A stretch of 64,000 bases of DNA, taken from the NCBI GenBank assembly GCA_963782115.1, contig CAWAIK010000003.1, positions 288,001 through 352,000 of the forward strand. Direction: 5' to 3'. Under the pieces are notes generated by a model. The model was not told where the DNA came from and did not search any database. It was given only the letters and a program-made list of their open reading frames with translations. The stretch is from an uncultured Verrucomicrobiae bacterium (GTDB taxonomy: Bacteria > Verrucomicrobiota > Verrucomicrobiia > Chthoniobacterales > JAFAMB01). The translations under genes were made by a program, and so were the position numbers. How positions within the stretch are numbered: the first letter of the stretch is position 1; each line of letters begins with the position of its first letter. Below, in pieces: positions 21,500 to 31,971 of this stretch.

Positions 21500-22783
21500 T
21501 CAACGTTCGGCCTCGATCAGGCGGCCGGCATTTAGGAGAGTTGCTTCGCTCAGCCGGGGTCCGACAAACTGCAGGCTGGCGACGGGTACGGTCCTGTCAT
21601 GCACCGGAATCGGTATCGCAAGCGCGGGATTGCCTGCAAAATTCACCGCAACGGTGTTCTGCATGACCAAAACGCGCGCTTCTAAAAGGACTATTTTTCC
21701 GACGGACGGAATCGTTGGGGGCAAGTCCTGAAGCGTTGGTAGAGCGATGAAATCAACTTTTTTGAAGATTTGGCCGATGGTATGCTGCCACTCCGCTCGC
21801 CTGCGGAGGGCACTCCGGTACCGGCTGGGATACAAGACTCTTCCCAAGACGATCGCTGCAATCGTCCTGGGGCGCACTCCCCTTCTGATGTAAGGTCGAC
21901 CGCTGATCCACGCGCCAGCTGCCGCCACAGTATTTCCATCCCTCGTGGCCCGATCCCACTTCCTCCTGAAGCTCTGAGGCAGTTTGATGACTTGAAATTG
22001 TGCTCGGCCAAGAGCTTCATCCACCGCTTTGTCGATTTCGGGGTCGGTACCGCTCAGGTAAAGTCGTCCGATTTTAATCTTTTTGGCCGAAGGTTTGGCG
22101 GCCACGGCCATTCGATATCGTGTTTCAAACCCATTTTGCAAGAGGTCCATCCCTTGCACAACGTGTGCCACGTCTTTGCCCATCGGCCCGACGGTATCCA
22201 AATGCTTTGGCTCAATTGGGAATACACCCTTATTGGAAATGAGCCCAAACGTCGTCTTCAGGCCAACAACACCGCAACAAGCTGCGGGTACTCGGATGGA
22301 ACCCGCGGTATCCGTTCCAAAGGCAACGTCGGCGCTTCCGTTGGCAACCGCGACCGCTGAGCCGCTTGACGAACCTCCAGGGATGAGTCTGCGCTGCTTG
22401 TTGAAAGGGTTCTTCGGAGTTCCAAAGTAGCCGTTCAGGCCGGAAGGAGCCACGCCAAACTCACTGAGGTTTGTCTTTCCCACGATCTGCACATTTCGCT
22501 GACGCGCGATAGCGAGGCAGTCAGCATCAGTTAAAGCCGGTCGGTTGTTCTTAATCAGATATTCGGAGCCGGCGCTGGTGACGACACCTTTCATATCGAT
22601 GTTATCTTTCACTGCAAGCTTCATTTGCTGACTGTTGGGAGGGGCTGGCCAGTAATGAATGTAGGCGTGGTCGGGCGAGCCGTGCGGCCAATGGCTCTGA
22701 AAAACTGCGCAGCCGTTAAGATAGCTAGTCAACAAAAGTCCTGTCAGCATCCATGGTGCGACTAGGTATCGGCGTTTTTTCAT
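21500..22783 (-). CDS. Amidase signature family protein (probable lipoprotein)
   Basis: AVKDNID, GKTNLSEF, GGSSSGSAVAVA, GTDTAGSIRVPAA; lipobox-like LNGC. Confidence 0.92.
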   Translation of the reverse strand: MKKRRYLVAPWMLTGLLLTSYLNGCAVFQSHWPHGSPDHAYIHYWPAPPNSQQMKLAVKDNIDMKGVVTSAGSEYLIKNNRPALTDADCLAIARQRNVQIVGKTNLSEFGVAPSGLNGYFGTPKNPFNKQRRLIPGGSSSGSAVAVANGSADVAFGTDTAGSIRVPAACCGVVGLKTTFGLISNKGVFPIEPKHLDTVGPMGKDVAHVVQGMDLLQNGFETRYRMAVAAKPSAKKIKIGRLYLSGTDPEIDKAVDEALGRAQFQVIKLPQSFRRKWDRATRDGNTVAAAGAWISGRPYIRRGVRPRTIAAIVLGRVLYPSRYRSALRRRAEWQHTIGQIFKKVDFIALPTLQDLPPTIPSVGKIVLLEARVLVMQNTVAVNFAGNPALAIPIPVHDRTVPVASLQFVGPRLSEATLLNAGRLIEAER

Positions 22784-22978
22784 TTATTTATACTCCTTTC
22801 GCAAGCCGGTAGGAACTAACGAAGTTGCCACCCACAGGTTCTGAATCACCTACCTACACCTAAAATAATTTGCAGCAGAACTATCAGGACGACGGTTCCT
22901 TTTTACGCCGATCAATTTCCGGCGCTTCGTTTTTCGTGTTGCAGTAGCACGTTATCTCACTAAGTCTACTCATCTGCC

Positions 22979-24094
22979 ATGATAGATCCGCGATTCGACG
23001 TTCTTGCAGAGGTATTAATTGGTTTCTCAACGAAGCTGCAAAAAAGCGAGACGGTCCTCATCGACGCCTTCGACGCACCTCCGGAAATGGTGATCGCTTT
23101 GATCCGCTGCACGCGCTCCAAAGGCGCATTCCCGTTCGTGAATCTCCAATCGAATGTGATCACCAGGGAATTGCTCAGAGGCGCTGAAGAGGACCAATAT
23201 CGGACACTTTGCGAAATCGAGCTGGCCCAGATGCGGGTGATGGACGCTTACGTCGCGCTTCGGGGGAGCCACAACATGACCGAATTTTCGGACGTCGCTC
23301 CAGAGCGGATGCAGCTCGCGATGAAATTGCTCAAACCGGTTCTTGAGCAGCGTATTAACAAAACGAAATGGGTCGTCTTACGGTGGCCGACTGCAGCGAT
23401 GGCGCAGATGGCGGGGATGAGCACAGAGGCATTTGAAGATTTCTATTTCGAGGTCTGTACGCTCGATTACTCCAAAATGAAGCCCGGCATGGAGGCCCTG
23501 AAATCCCTGATGGAAAAGACGGATCAAGTCCAGATCACTGGTCCCGGAACCAGTCTGCGTTTCAGCATCAAAGGTATTCCCGCGATCATGTGTGGTGGTC
23601 ATCACAACATTCCTGACGGCGAAGTCTTTTCCTGCCCGGTTCGAGATTCCGTCGAAGGTCACGTTCAGTTTAATGCTCCAACCGTTTACCAAGGAACCGC
23701 GTTTGATTCTGTTCGCCTCGCATTTAAAAACGGCAAAGTTGTCGATGCGACTTCAAATAATACGGAACGGCTGAACGCCATTCTCAATTCAGATGAAGGC
23801 GCCCGATATATCGGCGAATTCGCGCTTGGGTTCAATCCCTATATCTGGGAACCGATGCGCGACATTCTCTTCGACGAAAAGATTGCCGGTTCGTTTCATT
23901 TCACTCCAGGACAAGCTTATGAACAGGCCGACAACGGCAACCGCAGCCAGGTTCATTGGGATCTTGTCTGCATCCAACGGTCGGATTACGGCGGAGGCGA
24001 GATCTACTTTGACCAAAAGCTCATCCGGAAAGATGGCCTCTTCGTCCCGCATGAACTTCAAGCGCTCAATCCGGAAAGTTTCAAAACCTGTTAG
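22979..24094 (+). CDS. Aminopeptidase, peptidase M29 family
   Basis: [45 protein letters not shown]. Confidence 0.93.
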   Translation: MIDPRFDVLAEVLIGFSTKLQKSETVLIDAFDAPPEMVIALIRCTRSKGAFPFVNLQSNVITRELLRGAEEDQYRTLCEIELAQMRVMDAYVALRGSHNMTEFSDVAPERMQLAMKLLKPVLEQRINKTKWVVLRWPTAAMAQMAGMSTEAFEDFYFEVCTLDYSKMKPGMEALKSLMEKTDQVQITGPGTSLRFSIKGIPAIMCGGHHNIPDGEVFSCPVRDSVEGHVQFNAPTVYQGTAFDSVRLAFKNGKVVDATSNNTERLNAILNSDEGARYIGEFALGFNPYIWEPMRDILFDEKIAGSFHFTPGQAYEQADNGNRSQVHWDLVCIQRSDYGGGEIYFDQKLIRKDGLFVPHELQALNPESFKTC

Positions 24095-24191
24095 ACCGGA
24101 TTCTGTCTTTGTTTGCCGGTCGGAAAGCCTTTTTCTTGGATTCTGTGTCTTTTCATCTAAAAAATAACGGTATTGAAAACTGGCGGGTCAA

Positions 24192-26048
24192 TTGGTGCGG
24201 GGGGACGTCCAATTGAACTCTGAATTGCTTTTGGTGATCGGGCTGCTACTCGCCTCCGTTGGATTGTTCGTTGTCAATAAACCTCGGATGGACGTGGTCG
24301 CCCTTCTGGCAATTGTCGTTCTGCCGTTGTGCGGCCTCACTAGCGTGCCGGAAGCGATGGCCGGTTTCAGTGATCCGAACATCATATTGATTGCCGCTTT
24401 GTTCGTAATTGGAGAAGGGCTCGTTCGCACCGGTATCGCCTCCAAGTTGGGCGACTTGCTAGTTGCCAAGGCTGGCGGGAGCGAGAACCGACTCCTGATT
24501 CTCTTGATGCTGGCCGCCGCTGGTCTCGGCTCCGTTATGAGTTCCACAGGCGTGGTGGCTATTTTCATTCCAGTGGTGCTCGGAATTGCCGAACGCATGT
24601 CAGTGCCGCCGGGCCGCTTGATGATGCCTCTGAGTTTTGCCGGGTTGATCAGCGGCATGCTCACCATTGTAGCGACTGCTCCAAACCTGGTAGTGGATAG
24701 CGCCCTAAGACACGCCGGATTCGCCGGATTCAGCCTTTTCAGCCCTACGCCTTTCGGGCTGGCGATCCTAGTGGCCGGTATAGCCTATATGCTGTTTGCT
24801 CGCCGCTGGCTGAGTGTCAAGGCAGACCAACCACGTTTAGAGAACTTGCCACGCACTCTGCTCGACCTAATTCGGGAGTACGATTTGGCCGGGCGCGAGT
24901 ACCGCCTGCGTATTCGGCCAGATTCTCCACTTGTCGGACAGACCTTGCAGGAGTGGGATCCGCGCAATCGACATGGAGCGAATGTCGTGGCAGTCGAACG
25001 GAAGGCAGGTTTTCGCCGACAAGTGCTGGCCGCTCATGCCGATACCAAACTGGGAGCAGACGATGTGTTGCTGGTCGATGCTCCTACCTCCGGCAGTGGG
25101 GAGAAGTCGGAACTTTTTTCCAGGCTGGGACTGGAGCGGCTACCTCTCGAGGGAAGCTACTTCACTGATCAGTCCCAGCAAGTTGGCATGGCTGAGGTCA
25201 TCCTGCCGCCGAACTCAAGTCTGATCGGCAAGAGCATGGTGCAGTTGACCTTCCGCCGGAGATATCATCTTAACCTGATTGGGCTGCGTCGCGGCCAGCG
25301 GGCGTTCGTTGGGGAGCTTCTGGACGAGAAGCTTCGTTCGGGCGATACGCTGCTGGTGATAGGCCCTTGGAAGGAAATTCGTCAATTGCAGACGCAGCTA
25401 CACGATTTCGTGGTCCTAAGCTTACCGGCAGAAGTCAATCGAGTGGCACCGGCGTTGAGCCAAGCTCCCTATGCTGTGTTTTCCCTCATCGTCATGATCG
25501 TCCTGATGATCACAGGTATTGTTCCCAACGTGATTGCGGCGCTGATCAGCTGCCTGCTGATGGGACTATTTCGGTGCATCGACATGGACAGCGCCTACAA
25601 GGCCATTAACTGGCAGATCCTGCTCTTGATCGTGGGAATGATGCCCTTCGCCTTGGCTTTGCAAAAAACTGGCGGCATCGAATTAGCGGTAGAGGGCTTG
25701 CTCCGCCTCTTCGGCAATTCCGAGTCACGCTTGCTTCTGGCCGCCCTGTTCGGGCTCACCGCATTGATCGGTCTTTTCATCTCGAACACGGTGACGGCCG
25801 TGCTGATGGGACCGATTGCTCTAAGTCTCGCGCATCATCTAAAAGCTTCCCCTTACCCGTTTGCCATGATCGTGGCCCTCGCCGCGTCTGCAGCATTTAT
25901 GACACCGATCTCGTCGCCTGTGAACACGCTGGTGCTCGGACCCGGCCAATATCGATTTGGCGACTTTGTAAAAATAGGCGTCCCTTTTGCCCTGCTAGTG
26001 ATGCTAATCAGCGTTCTGATGGTGCCGTGGTTATTACCGTTGTATTAA
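24192..26048 (+). CDS. SLC13 family permease with two TrkA-C domains (YfbS-like); the start may be the TTG at 24213
   Basis: RMDVVALL, GFSDP, LMMPLSFAG, AFMTPISSPVNTLVLGPGQYRFGDFVKIG. Confidence 0.92.
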   Translation: MVRGDVQLNSELLLVIGLLLASVGLFVVNKPRMDVVALLAIVVLPLCGLTSVPEAMAGFSDPNIILIAALFVIGEGLVRTGIASKLGDLLVAKAGGSENRLLILLMLAAAGLGSVMSSTGVVAIFIPVVLGIAERMSVPPGRLMMPLSFAGLISGMLTIVATAPNLVVDSALRHAGFAGFSLFSPTPFGLAILVAGIAYMLFARRWLSVKADQPRLENLPRTLLDLIREYDLAGREYRLRIRPDSPLVGQTLQEWDPRNRHGANVVAVERKAGFRRQVLAAHADTKLGADDVLLVDAPTSGSGEKSELFSRLGLERLPLEGSYFTDQSQQVGMAEVILPPNSSLIGKSMVQLTFRRRYHLNLIGLRRGQRAFVGELLDEKLRSGDTLLVIGPWKEIRQLQTQLHDFVVLSLPAEVNRVAPALSQAPYAVFSLIVMIVLMITGIVPNVIAALISCLLMGLFRCIDMDSAYKAINWQILLLIVGMMPFALALQKTGGIELAVEGLLRLFGNSESRLLLAALFGLTALIGLFISNTVTAVLMGPIALSLAHHLKASPYPFAMIVALAASAAFMTPISSPVNTLVLGPGQYRFGDFVKIGVPFALLVMLISVLMVPWLLPLY

Positions 26049-26150
26049 AAGCCAGCTCGTTTAGCTGCTTCACCCTTCCTTTGTAACAACGGCCGAGCCG
26101 TTAATTGCTTTTCAATAGTTTGCACGTTCTAGTTAGCTATTTTAGATGCG

Positions 26151-27956
26151 TCATGCAAAATCAGATACCAGTTCGCGCAACTGCCGGATCCGTGTTTGAA
26201 ACAAATCCATTGTTTTTTCGATCGGCACCGGTGATAGCATGTCGACTCCCGCAGCTCTGAGAGTTTCCATCGGGAATTGACGGCCACCCGACTTCAAAAA
26301 TCCAAGGTAGGCTTCCAACTCCTCCGAACCGCCGTTTAGGACGCGATCGGCCAGGGATATCGCCGCGGAAATGCCTGTCGCGTACTTGTAGACATAAAAG
26401 GCGAAGTAGAAATGCCGAATTCGCAGGCATTCAATGTCGAGTTGGTCGTCCACCACGAAGCGCGGACCGAAGTAGGCGTCTAAAAGGCTGCGATAAACTT
26501 TTTTGAATACTTCCAATGTGAGCGGCCCGCCGTTTTCCTCGATTTCATGCACCTCTTGCTCGAATTCCGCAAACATCGTCTGACGGAAAAGAGTCTGTCG
26601 GATATCTTCGATCTGGCGATCGATAAGGTAGGCGCGCATTTGCACGTCCTCCGCTTGTTCCAGGAGATAATGCGTGAGGAGGTCTTCATTGAAAGTCGCA
26701 GCGACCTCCGCAAGAAAGATGGGATATCCGTAATCTTGGAAGCTTTGATGCTTCTGAGCGAACCAGGTATGCATTGAGTGGCCGGCCTCATGGGCCAGCG
26801 TAAAAACGTCGGAAAAGACGTCTGCCTTGTAGTTCATTAGTACGTAAGGAGGATTGCCATAACTGGACGAAGCAAAGGCGCCACTCCTTTTCCCTTTCGT
26901 TTCATAGCGGTCCACCCAGCGAGATCTCAATCCATTGCCCAGGGTGAGAAGATATTCCGCACCCAGGGGTTTCAATGCTTTCAAGATGAGTTCGATTGCT
27001 TCGTCGAACGTGACTTTTGTCCGAACAACAGGAACCATGGGCACAAAAGTGTCATACTGGTGAATCTCATCCAACTTCAGGATTTCCCTGCGAAGTTCGT
27101 AGTACTCGTGAAGAACTGGAAGGTTTTTCCGAACAGTCGTAATGAGGTTGTCATAGACAGCCAAGGGGATGTTGTCGTTGAAAAGAGATGCTTCACGAGC
27201 GGACGGATAATTCCGGACTTTTGCCGAGAACACATCCGCTCGAACGGAGGAGGAGAGCGCCGAGGCAAGGCTGTATTTATGATCATCGAACTCCGCGTAA
27301 AACTGGTGAAAAGCTTTGCGGCGCAAATCTCGCTCCGGATTGTTGAGGAAGGAGAAGTAGCTGCTTTGGGAGAGCTCGAGTTCCCGACCCTCGACATTCA
27401 GCGAACCAAATTTCATGTCAACATTTGTCAGCTGAGAAAAGATATCGGAGTGACCACGGATAACCGGATCACCAAGGGTCAGGAGCCGCTCTTCCCGCTC
27501 GGAAAGCGTGTGCGGCTTGTACCGACGCAGTTTGCTGAGTAGAATCTTCCAGGGTGCCAGGATCGGATCGTCCAGAAAACGTTGGAATATCTCGTTGGGT
27601 ATTTGCTGGATTTCCGGATTGATGAAGGAGGAAACCTCCCTAACCTTGGTGAGAAGGTTTGTCAGTTCGGCTTGCCTCGAGAGACTATCGTTATTAGAAC
27701 TGTCTTCGGCGTTTTTGAGGGAAGCGTAATGCCCTAGTCGCTCGGCGATCTGGTTAAGCTGCTTTTCGAACTCCAGGCAAGCAAATAGGGTCTTCGCAGC
27801 TTCACCAAGGCGGCTTCTGTACTCGGCGATCTTGGGATACAGACCTCTTAGCTGAGCAAAGGTCTCGCGGTATGCCTCTTCCGTCTGAAACAGGTGTGAG
27901 AGATCCCAAGTGTCGGACTCGGGAATCTCGGAACGAGCGGGGATCTTGGAGGTCAT
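26151..27956 (-). CDS. pepF: Oligoendopeptidase F (M3B)
   Basis: TWDLSHLF, GKRSGAF, TLAHEAGHSMH, IFLAEVA, FYVYKYATG. Confidence 0.95.
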   Translation of the reverse strand: MTSKIPARSEIPESDTWDLSHLFQTEEAYRETFAQLRGLYPKIAEYRSRLGEAAKTLFACLEFEKQLNQIAERLGHYASLKNAEDSSNNDSLSRQAELTNLLTKVREVSSFINPEIQQIPNEIFQRFLDDPILAPWKILLSKLRRYKPHTLSEREERLLTLGDPVIRGHSDIFSQLTNVDMKFGSLNVEGRELELSQSSYFSFLNNPERDLRRKAFHQFYAEFDDHKYSLASALSSSVRADVFSAKVRNYPSAREASLFNDNIPLAVYDNLITTVRKNLPVLHEYYELRREILKLDEIHQYDTFVPMVPVVRTKVTFDEAIELILKALKPLGAEYLLTLGNGLRSRWVDRYETKGKRSGAFASSSYGNPPYVLMNYKADVFSDVFTLAHEAGHSMHTWFAQKHQSFQDYGYPIFLAEVAATFNEDLLTHYLLEQAEDVQMRAYLIDRQIEDIRQTLFRQTMFAEFEQEVHEIEENGGPLTLEVFKKVYRSLLDAYFGPRFVVDDQLDIECLRIRHFYFAFYVYKYATGISAAISLADRVLNGGSEELEAYLGFLKSGGRQFPMETLRAAGVDMLSPVPIEKTMDLFQTRIRQLRELVSDFA

Positions 27957-28004
27957 AAAATAATGTCATGCTGGCGGCTGCGTTTAAGGGCTTGATGGGC
28001 TGGT

Positions 28005-28856
28005 TCACATAGCCACCACCTGCACGGAAACTTCCAGACGATCAAAAGCGCCCGGTTCCCCTGCCCAACTGCCTGAGAGCGGGGATGCTTTTTCATGCTC
28101 GCGGGCCACTGCAACGGTCACATGCTCGGAGCCGACGGGTTTGTTGTTGGTGGGATCAAAGCCGAGCCAACCCCTGCCCGGGACATAGATTTCGGTCCAG
28201 GCGTGGGTGGCGCCGTGCTGGCCTTGACCCATTTGGATATAGCCAGTGACAAATCGTGCCCCAAAACCCCAATGGCGCGCGGCTTCCATCATGAACACCG
28301 CATAGTCTCGGCAGGATCCGGTACCCAAAGAAAGCGTCCGGCAAGGAAGCTGGACCCCGGCTTCCTCGCGGCGAACGTATTTGAATGATTCGTAGATATG
28401 CGTATTCAGCTTGTCCAGGAGTTCCGGAGTCTTAATGAGCTGGCCAGGCCTGTAAAGGTCCAGGAGCCACTTTTGCACGGCCGGGCCGTCATGCGGATAA
28501 CTGGGGAGACGGTATTGGATGATCTCCACCTGCTCGTCTGCTCCGTATTGGAATGGATAGGAATTGGCGCTGGGGTCCATGGAGCATTGGATGGGTTCAT
28601 CATCGTAAAGGTCCACATCAATCTCACTCACAAGACGTAGTCTTGGTCCGGGTTCGGTGAAAGTGAGAATGGCGATGGAATTCCCATCGATGTCGCGCAA
28701 CCAGCGAATGTTGGCTTTGGGCTCGATCTCAAGACGCGAACTCGCGATATGGAGATCGTGCCCCTCGCGAGGCCGCAACAGGGCGCGGTGGGGGCCAAAT
28801 GTGACGGGCGTGCGGTAATGATACACCGTTTTGTGCGTAATTTTGATCCGTTTCAT
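28005..28856 (-). CDS. Transglutaminase-like protein with bacterial N-terminal domain
   Basis: ITHKTVYHY, LRPREGHD, GSCRDYA, THAWTEIYVPGRGWLGFDPTN. Confidence 0.92.
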   Translation of the reverse strand: MKRIKITHKTVYHYRTPVTFGPHRALLRPREGHDLHIASSRLEIEPKANIRWLRDIDGNSIAILTFTEPGPRLRLVSEIDVDLYDDEPIQCSMDPSANSYPFQYGADEQVEIIQYRLPSYPHDGPAVQKWLLDLYRPGQLIKTPELLDKLNTHIYESFKYVRREEAGVQLPCRTLSLGTGSCRDYAVFMMEAARHWGFGARFVTGYIQMGQGQHGATHAWTEIYVPGRGWLGFDPTNNKPVGSEHVTVAVAREHEKASPLSGSWAGEPGAFDRLEVSVQVVAM

Positions 28857-29071
28857 AGATAGGGAGGGGGAATCATCAAGCTGGCGCGGAAGCGAAGAGA
28901 CCTAGCTTCAATAAATCACAAATTCTGAATATAACTTTTTAATAACATCTATTGCTCATGCGAAGGTGATTACATCGCGCGCTACGAAAAACAGATCGCC
29001 GAACTCTTCCATGCTCATCCGCATAGTTTCCTGTTTCGGGATTTACTGGCCTTTGGCACTGATCGGGGGCT

Positions 29072-29362
29072 TAGATGTGGCTCCAGGCGTGGCCGTCTAT
29101 ATCGAAAGGATTGTCTTTGTGAACTTTGCGATCTGTGCAAATGATTTTTCTTCGTTCCCCCGGCAATAAGACAGAAAAAAAGCAATAGTCATTTTTGAAC
29201 AGAAGATCGCAAAGATCACAAAGAGTCACTGTCTTTAAGAGCCATCGGAGGCACGTGGGCCTGCATTGTCTAAATCTCGATCAGCAACGAATGAAACGCT
29301 CATTAATCCCCACTCGTCCTCTTGTTCTGAAATCGTAATCGTCGTCGTTCTCGACTTCTATG
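29072..29362. repeat. Dispersed ~290-bp non-coding repeat, copy 1 (copy 2 at 50350-50641)
   Basis: Long colinear match including ATTTTTGAACAGAAGATCGCAAAGATCACAAAGAGTCACTGTCTTT and TTGTTCTGAAATCGTAATC. Confidence 0.92.
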
Positions 29363-29391
29363 GACGGGGGAAACGCGCCGATTGCCGATAA

Positions 29392-29545
29392 CGTTCAACG
29401 TTCAGCGTTCAGCGTTCAGCGTTCAACGTTCGAGGACGAAGGACGACGACGATTGGGAAGCAAGCTTCGATACATAATCCCCACCTCGATTCCCTCCCCT
29501 CTCTTCCAATCGTTCTCGTCCTTCGTCGTCGTCCTTCGTCCTCGA
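29392..29545. repeat. Heptamer tandem array (CGTTCAR) followed by a GAGGACGAAGGACGAC-type hairpin
   Basis: Six 7-bp units at 29392-29433; CGAGGACGAAGGACGACGACG pairs with CGTCGTCGTCCTTCGTCCTCG near 29523-29544. Confidence 0.85.
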
Positions 29546-29611
29546 TTTTTTCGGCACGAGCGGCACGAGTTTGCTTCCTCCAGTCCGGTGTCTTTTCTCC
29601 GTCCGGCTCGG

Positions 29612-29686
29612 ACCGCCTTGAAAAACAGCCAACTGACCCGGCGACTGTCGGATAAAATACCTGCTATTTCGGGGACAGGACACTAG
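29612..29686 (+). repeat. Partial copy of a MITE-related repeat ending in CACTAG
   Basis: GCCTTGAAAAACAGCCAACTGACC shared with about 33126 and 54076; ends GGACAGGACACTAG. Confidence 0.7.
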
Positions 29687-29775
29687 AACTAGGTGCCACT
29701 CTCTTCTCCGTCGCAACACCACACAGTCTCTAGGTTGTCGCGGCGCTCAAGGCAGCCTGAAGCTTGGCCTCATCC

Positions 29776-30066
29776 TCATTCGAGAGCGAGGTTTTCAACC
29801 GCGCCGGCAGTCGCACCCATCGCCAGACCCAGTAAAGGATTCAGGAAGATCAGGCCGATGAGCGCTCCCCAGAAGCCACCGCTCACTGCACCCTTCGCGG
29901 TTAGATTAGCGGCCTGATCCAACTTAATCCTGCCCTTCTCGTCCTTGAAGGCTACCACCGCACCTTCAATATCCAGTAAGTATTCCCGGTGCAGCTTCTG
30001 CAGCTGAATACGAACCTCTTCCGCCTTAAAGGGTTCATCGTAACCAACTACAACTAACGGGCTCAT
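29776..30066 (-). pseudogene. 3'-truncated DUF1269 family gene
   Basis: Close paralog of the first ~90 aa of 37295-37786 (LVVVGYDEP.KA, GGFWGALIGLIFLNPLLG), then breaks off. Confidence 0.85.
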
Positions 30067-30213
30067 TTGCTTTCTATGCTTTCCGTTTGATGTGTATTTA
30101 AGTCAAACTATATCGTTCAAGATCTCAGCCCGCCGGTAGGTTGCGACTCCGTCCGAGCCCCATCCCAATGTAAACTGATGACGATTTAGACCAGCAATCC
30201 CCTCACGTCCTGT

Positions 30214-31824
30214 TCAGGACGATTTGCTGAAACCGATATCATCCAAGATCACCGCATTCGGTCCGATCGGGACTCGTCCCGGGTTAGGTAAATTGAGTTT
30301 CCGGAAAACGATCTTTTCGCGCGAAATCTTACGAAGGAAATCCTCGAATACCTGAATCGTCAACTGTTCACCGGGACAGCGGCGGTAGCTAAAACCAAAC
30401 GGCGCAAAGCCAGCATAGTCGCAGACCGGCTTCGGCTTGCCGTCCACCACACCAAACACCGTGCCGAAAGCACTATTGGTTACCTCGACCTTTCGGCCGT
30501 CTTTGACTTCAAGCGTAGTGATATCGAATGGGCAACGGGCGAGGCCTATCTGCTTGCATTTCTCTTCGTCAACCTCAGCACTGGTTGGCACATTGCGATA
30601 GCGCTCAGGATCGAATTGCTCTGGATTCTTCCAATGCATTGGACTGAAACTGGTGCTGGTGTGCGGCGTGCCGATATAGCTACTGCGTTCGTAGGGCAGG
30701 CCAAATCTTAAGTACGGCGACTGGCTATCGCCGTAATTATCGCTGGCTGCCGATTGCCTGGTATCGCGTAGTGTAGAGATGCTGGCGCCATTCGGCGAAA
30801 TCGTGCGAAACAACTCCATAACGAACAACTCGAGCGGGGTGTACGCGCCGCCGTTCGCATTGTCATAATCGTCGTTCATGATCTTCTCGAAAAATGCGCG
30901 CACGTCAGGGTCGCCGCCATTCTGGCTCAGACGCGACATGATGCCGAAGAGCGTGTTGCCCCACTGGCTGAACGCCACAAAATTGTGGAAACACTCGAAA
31001 ACGATATCCCTCTTGCTGAAATGCTCGCCGTCACCGGCGTTTTTCAGCCAGTACCATGCCATGGTCTTTTCGGGATTCGGGGTGCGTCCGGCCGCGATGT
31101 CCTCAACACGTTCATCGATCCACTGCTTGAGGAAGTCGAGGAGGTTGCGCACCGTCATGTAGTTCTCATAGACTATGGGGTGCAGCGGGTCACGATAGGC
31201 TAGGACAGTGTTAAAGGCCTCTCCAATCTGCCGTACTTGCTTTGGGATAGCGTCACCCTGCACGCCAAGATGCAGATCCCAGTAGATATCGAAATAATAA
31301 TCTAGATAGTGGCGCATGAAGGGTTTATCAGCAAATTGCGGGGCCATCAGCCGATCGAAGAAAGCAACTACCTTATCGCCATACATCGGACGGTACAGAT
31401 CTGGAGTAACTGCCGAGAAATAAATTCGTTTGCGCAAATTATTGTCACCACGGTTCTCCAGTCCCTGCAAAAAGACTGTGACACCTTCCTCAGGAGTCGG
31501 TTTCCACTGCTTGTAGATCAACCCCCAAAGATCGTGCGGAAGGGCGTTCTCCTTAGAGAAATTAAGATCAATCATCGGGAGAACCGGTCTTTCACCTTCG
31601 TAGAAGCTGGTCAGGAAAAAAGGAACAACAGCGTTCTCAACATAAGCGGAGTCAAAATTGGCGGGAATCGTCTCGCGAAAACGTGCCAGTGCCGCGACAA
31701 TCCTGTCCGGCGGAGGTTCCCCTCCACCGGCCGTTTGATCCGCGGCTGCCGCGTCGCTCGCCGTTGATATTCCTGCGGCCAATCCAAATACCGCCGCACC
31801 TTTTAAAAACGCACGTCGCTCCAT
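30214..31824 (-). CDS. Cytochrome P450-like protein with a twin-arginine signal peptide
   Basis: N-terminal ERRAFLK plus hydrophobic stretch; ExxR (MELFR), meander PEQFDPERY, heme-thiolate loop FGFSYRRCPG. Confidence 0.8.
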   Translation of the reverse strand: MERRAFLKGAAVFGLAAGISTASDAAAADQTAGGGEPPPDRIVAALARFRETIPANFDSAYVENAVVPFFLTSFYEGERPVLPMIDLNFSKENALPHDLWGLIYKQWKPTPEEGVTVFLQGLENRGDNNLRKRIYFSAVTPDLYRPMYGDKVVAFFDRLMAPQFADKPFMRHYLDYYFDIYWDLHLGVQGDAIPKQVRQIGEAFNTVLAYRDPLHPIVYENYMTVRNLLDFLKQWIDERVEDIAAGRTPNPEKTMAWYWLKNAGDGEHFSKRDIVFECFHNFVAFSQWGNTLFGIMSRLSQNGGDPDVRAFFEKIMNDDYDNANGGAYTPLELFVMELFRTISPNGASISTLRDTRQSAASDNYGDSQSPYLRFGLPYERSSYIGTPHTSTSFSPMHWKNPEQFDPERYRNVPTSAEVDEEKCKQIGLARCPFDITTLEVKDGRKVEVTNSAFGTVFGVVDGKPKPVCDYAGFAPFGFSYRRCPGEQLTIQVFEDFLRKISREKIVFRKLNLPNPGRVPIGPNAVILDDIGFSKSS

Positions 31825-31971
31825 ATCAATAGACTTGGTGCTTTCGCGAGTGAGAAGTCAAGAAAACTGACGATGCCAATAGCGAGCTTCGTACCTGGCG
31901 CTCGGATGCCGCGAGTCCAGAAGTATCCGATCAGGAATCGTCGACATCCCGATGCTTCCTCAGCGCTGTGC

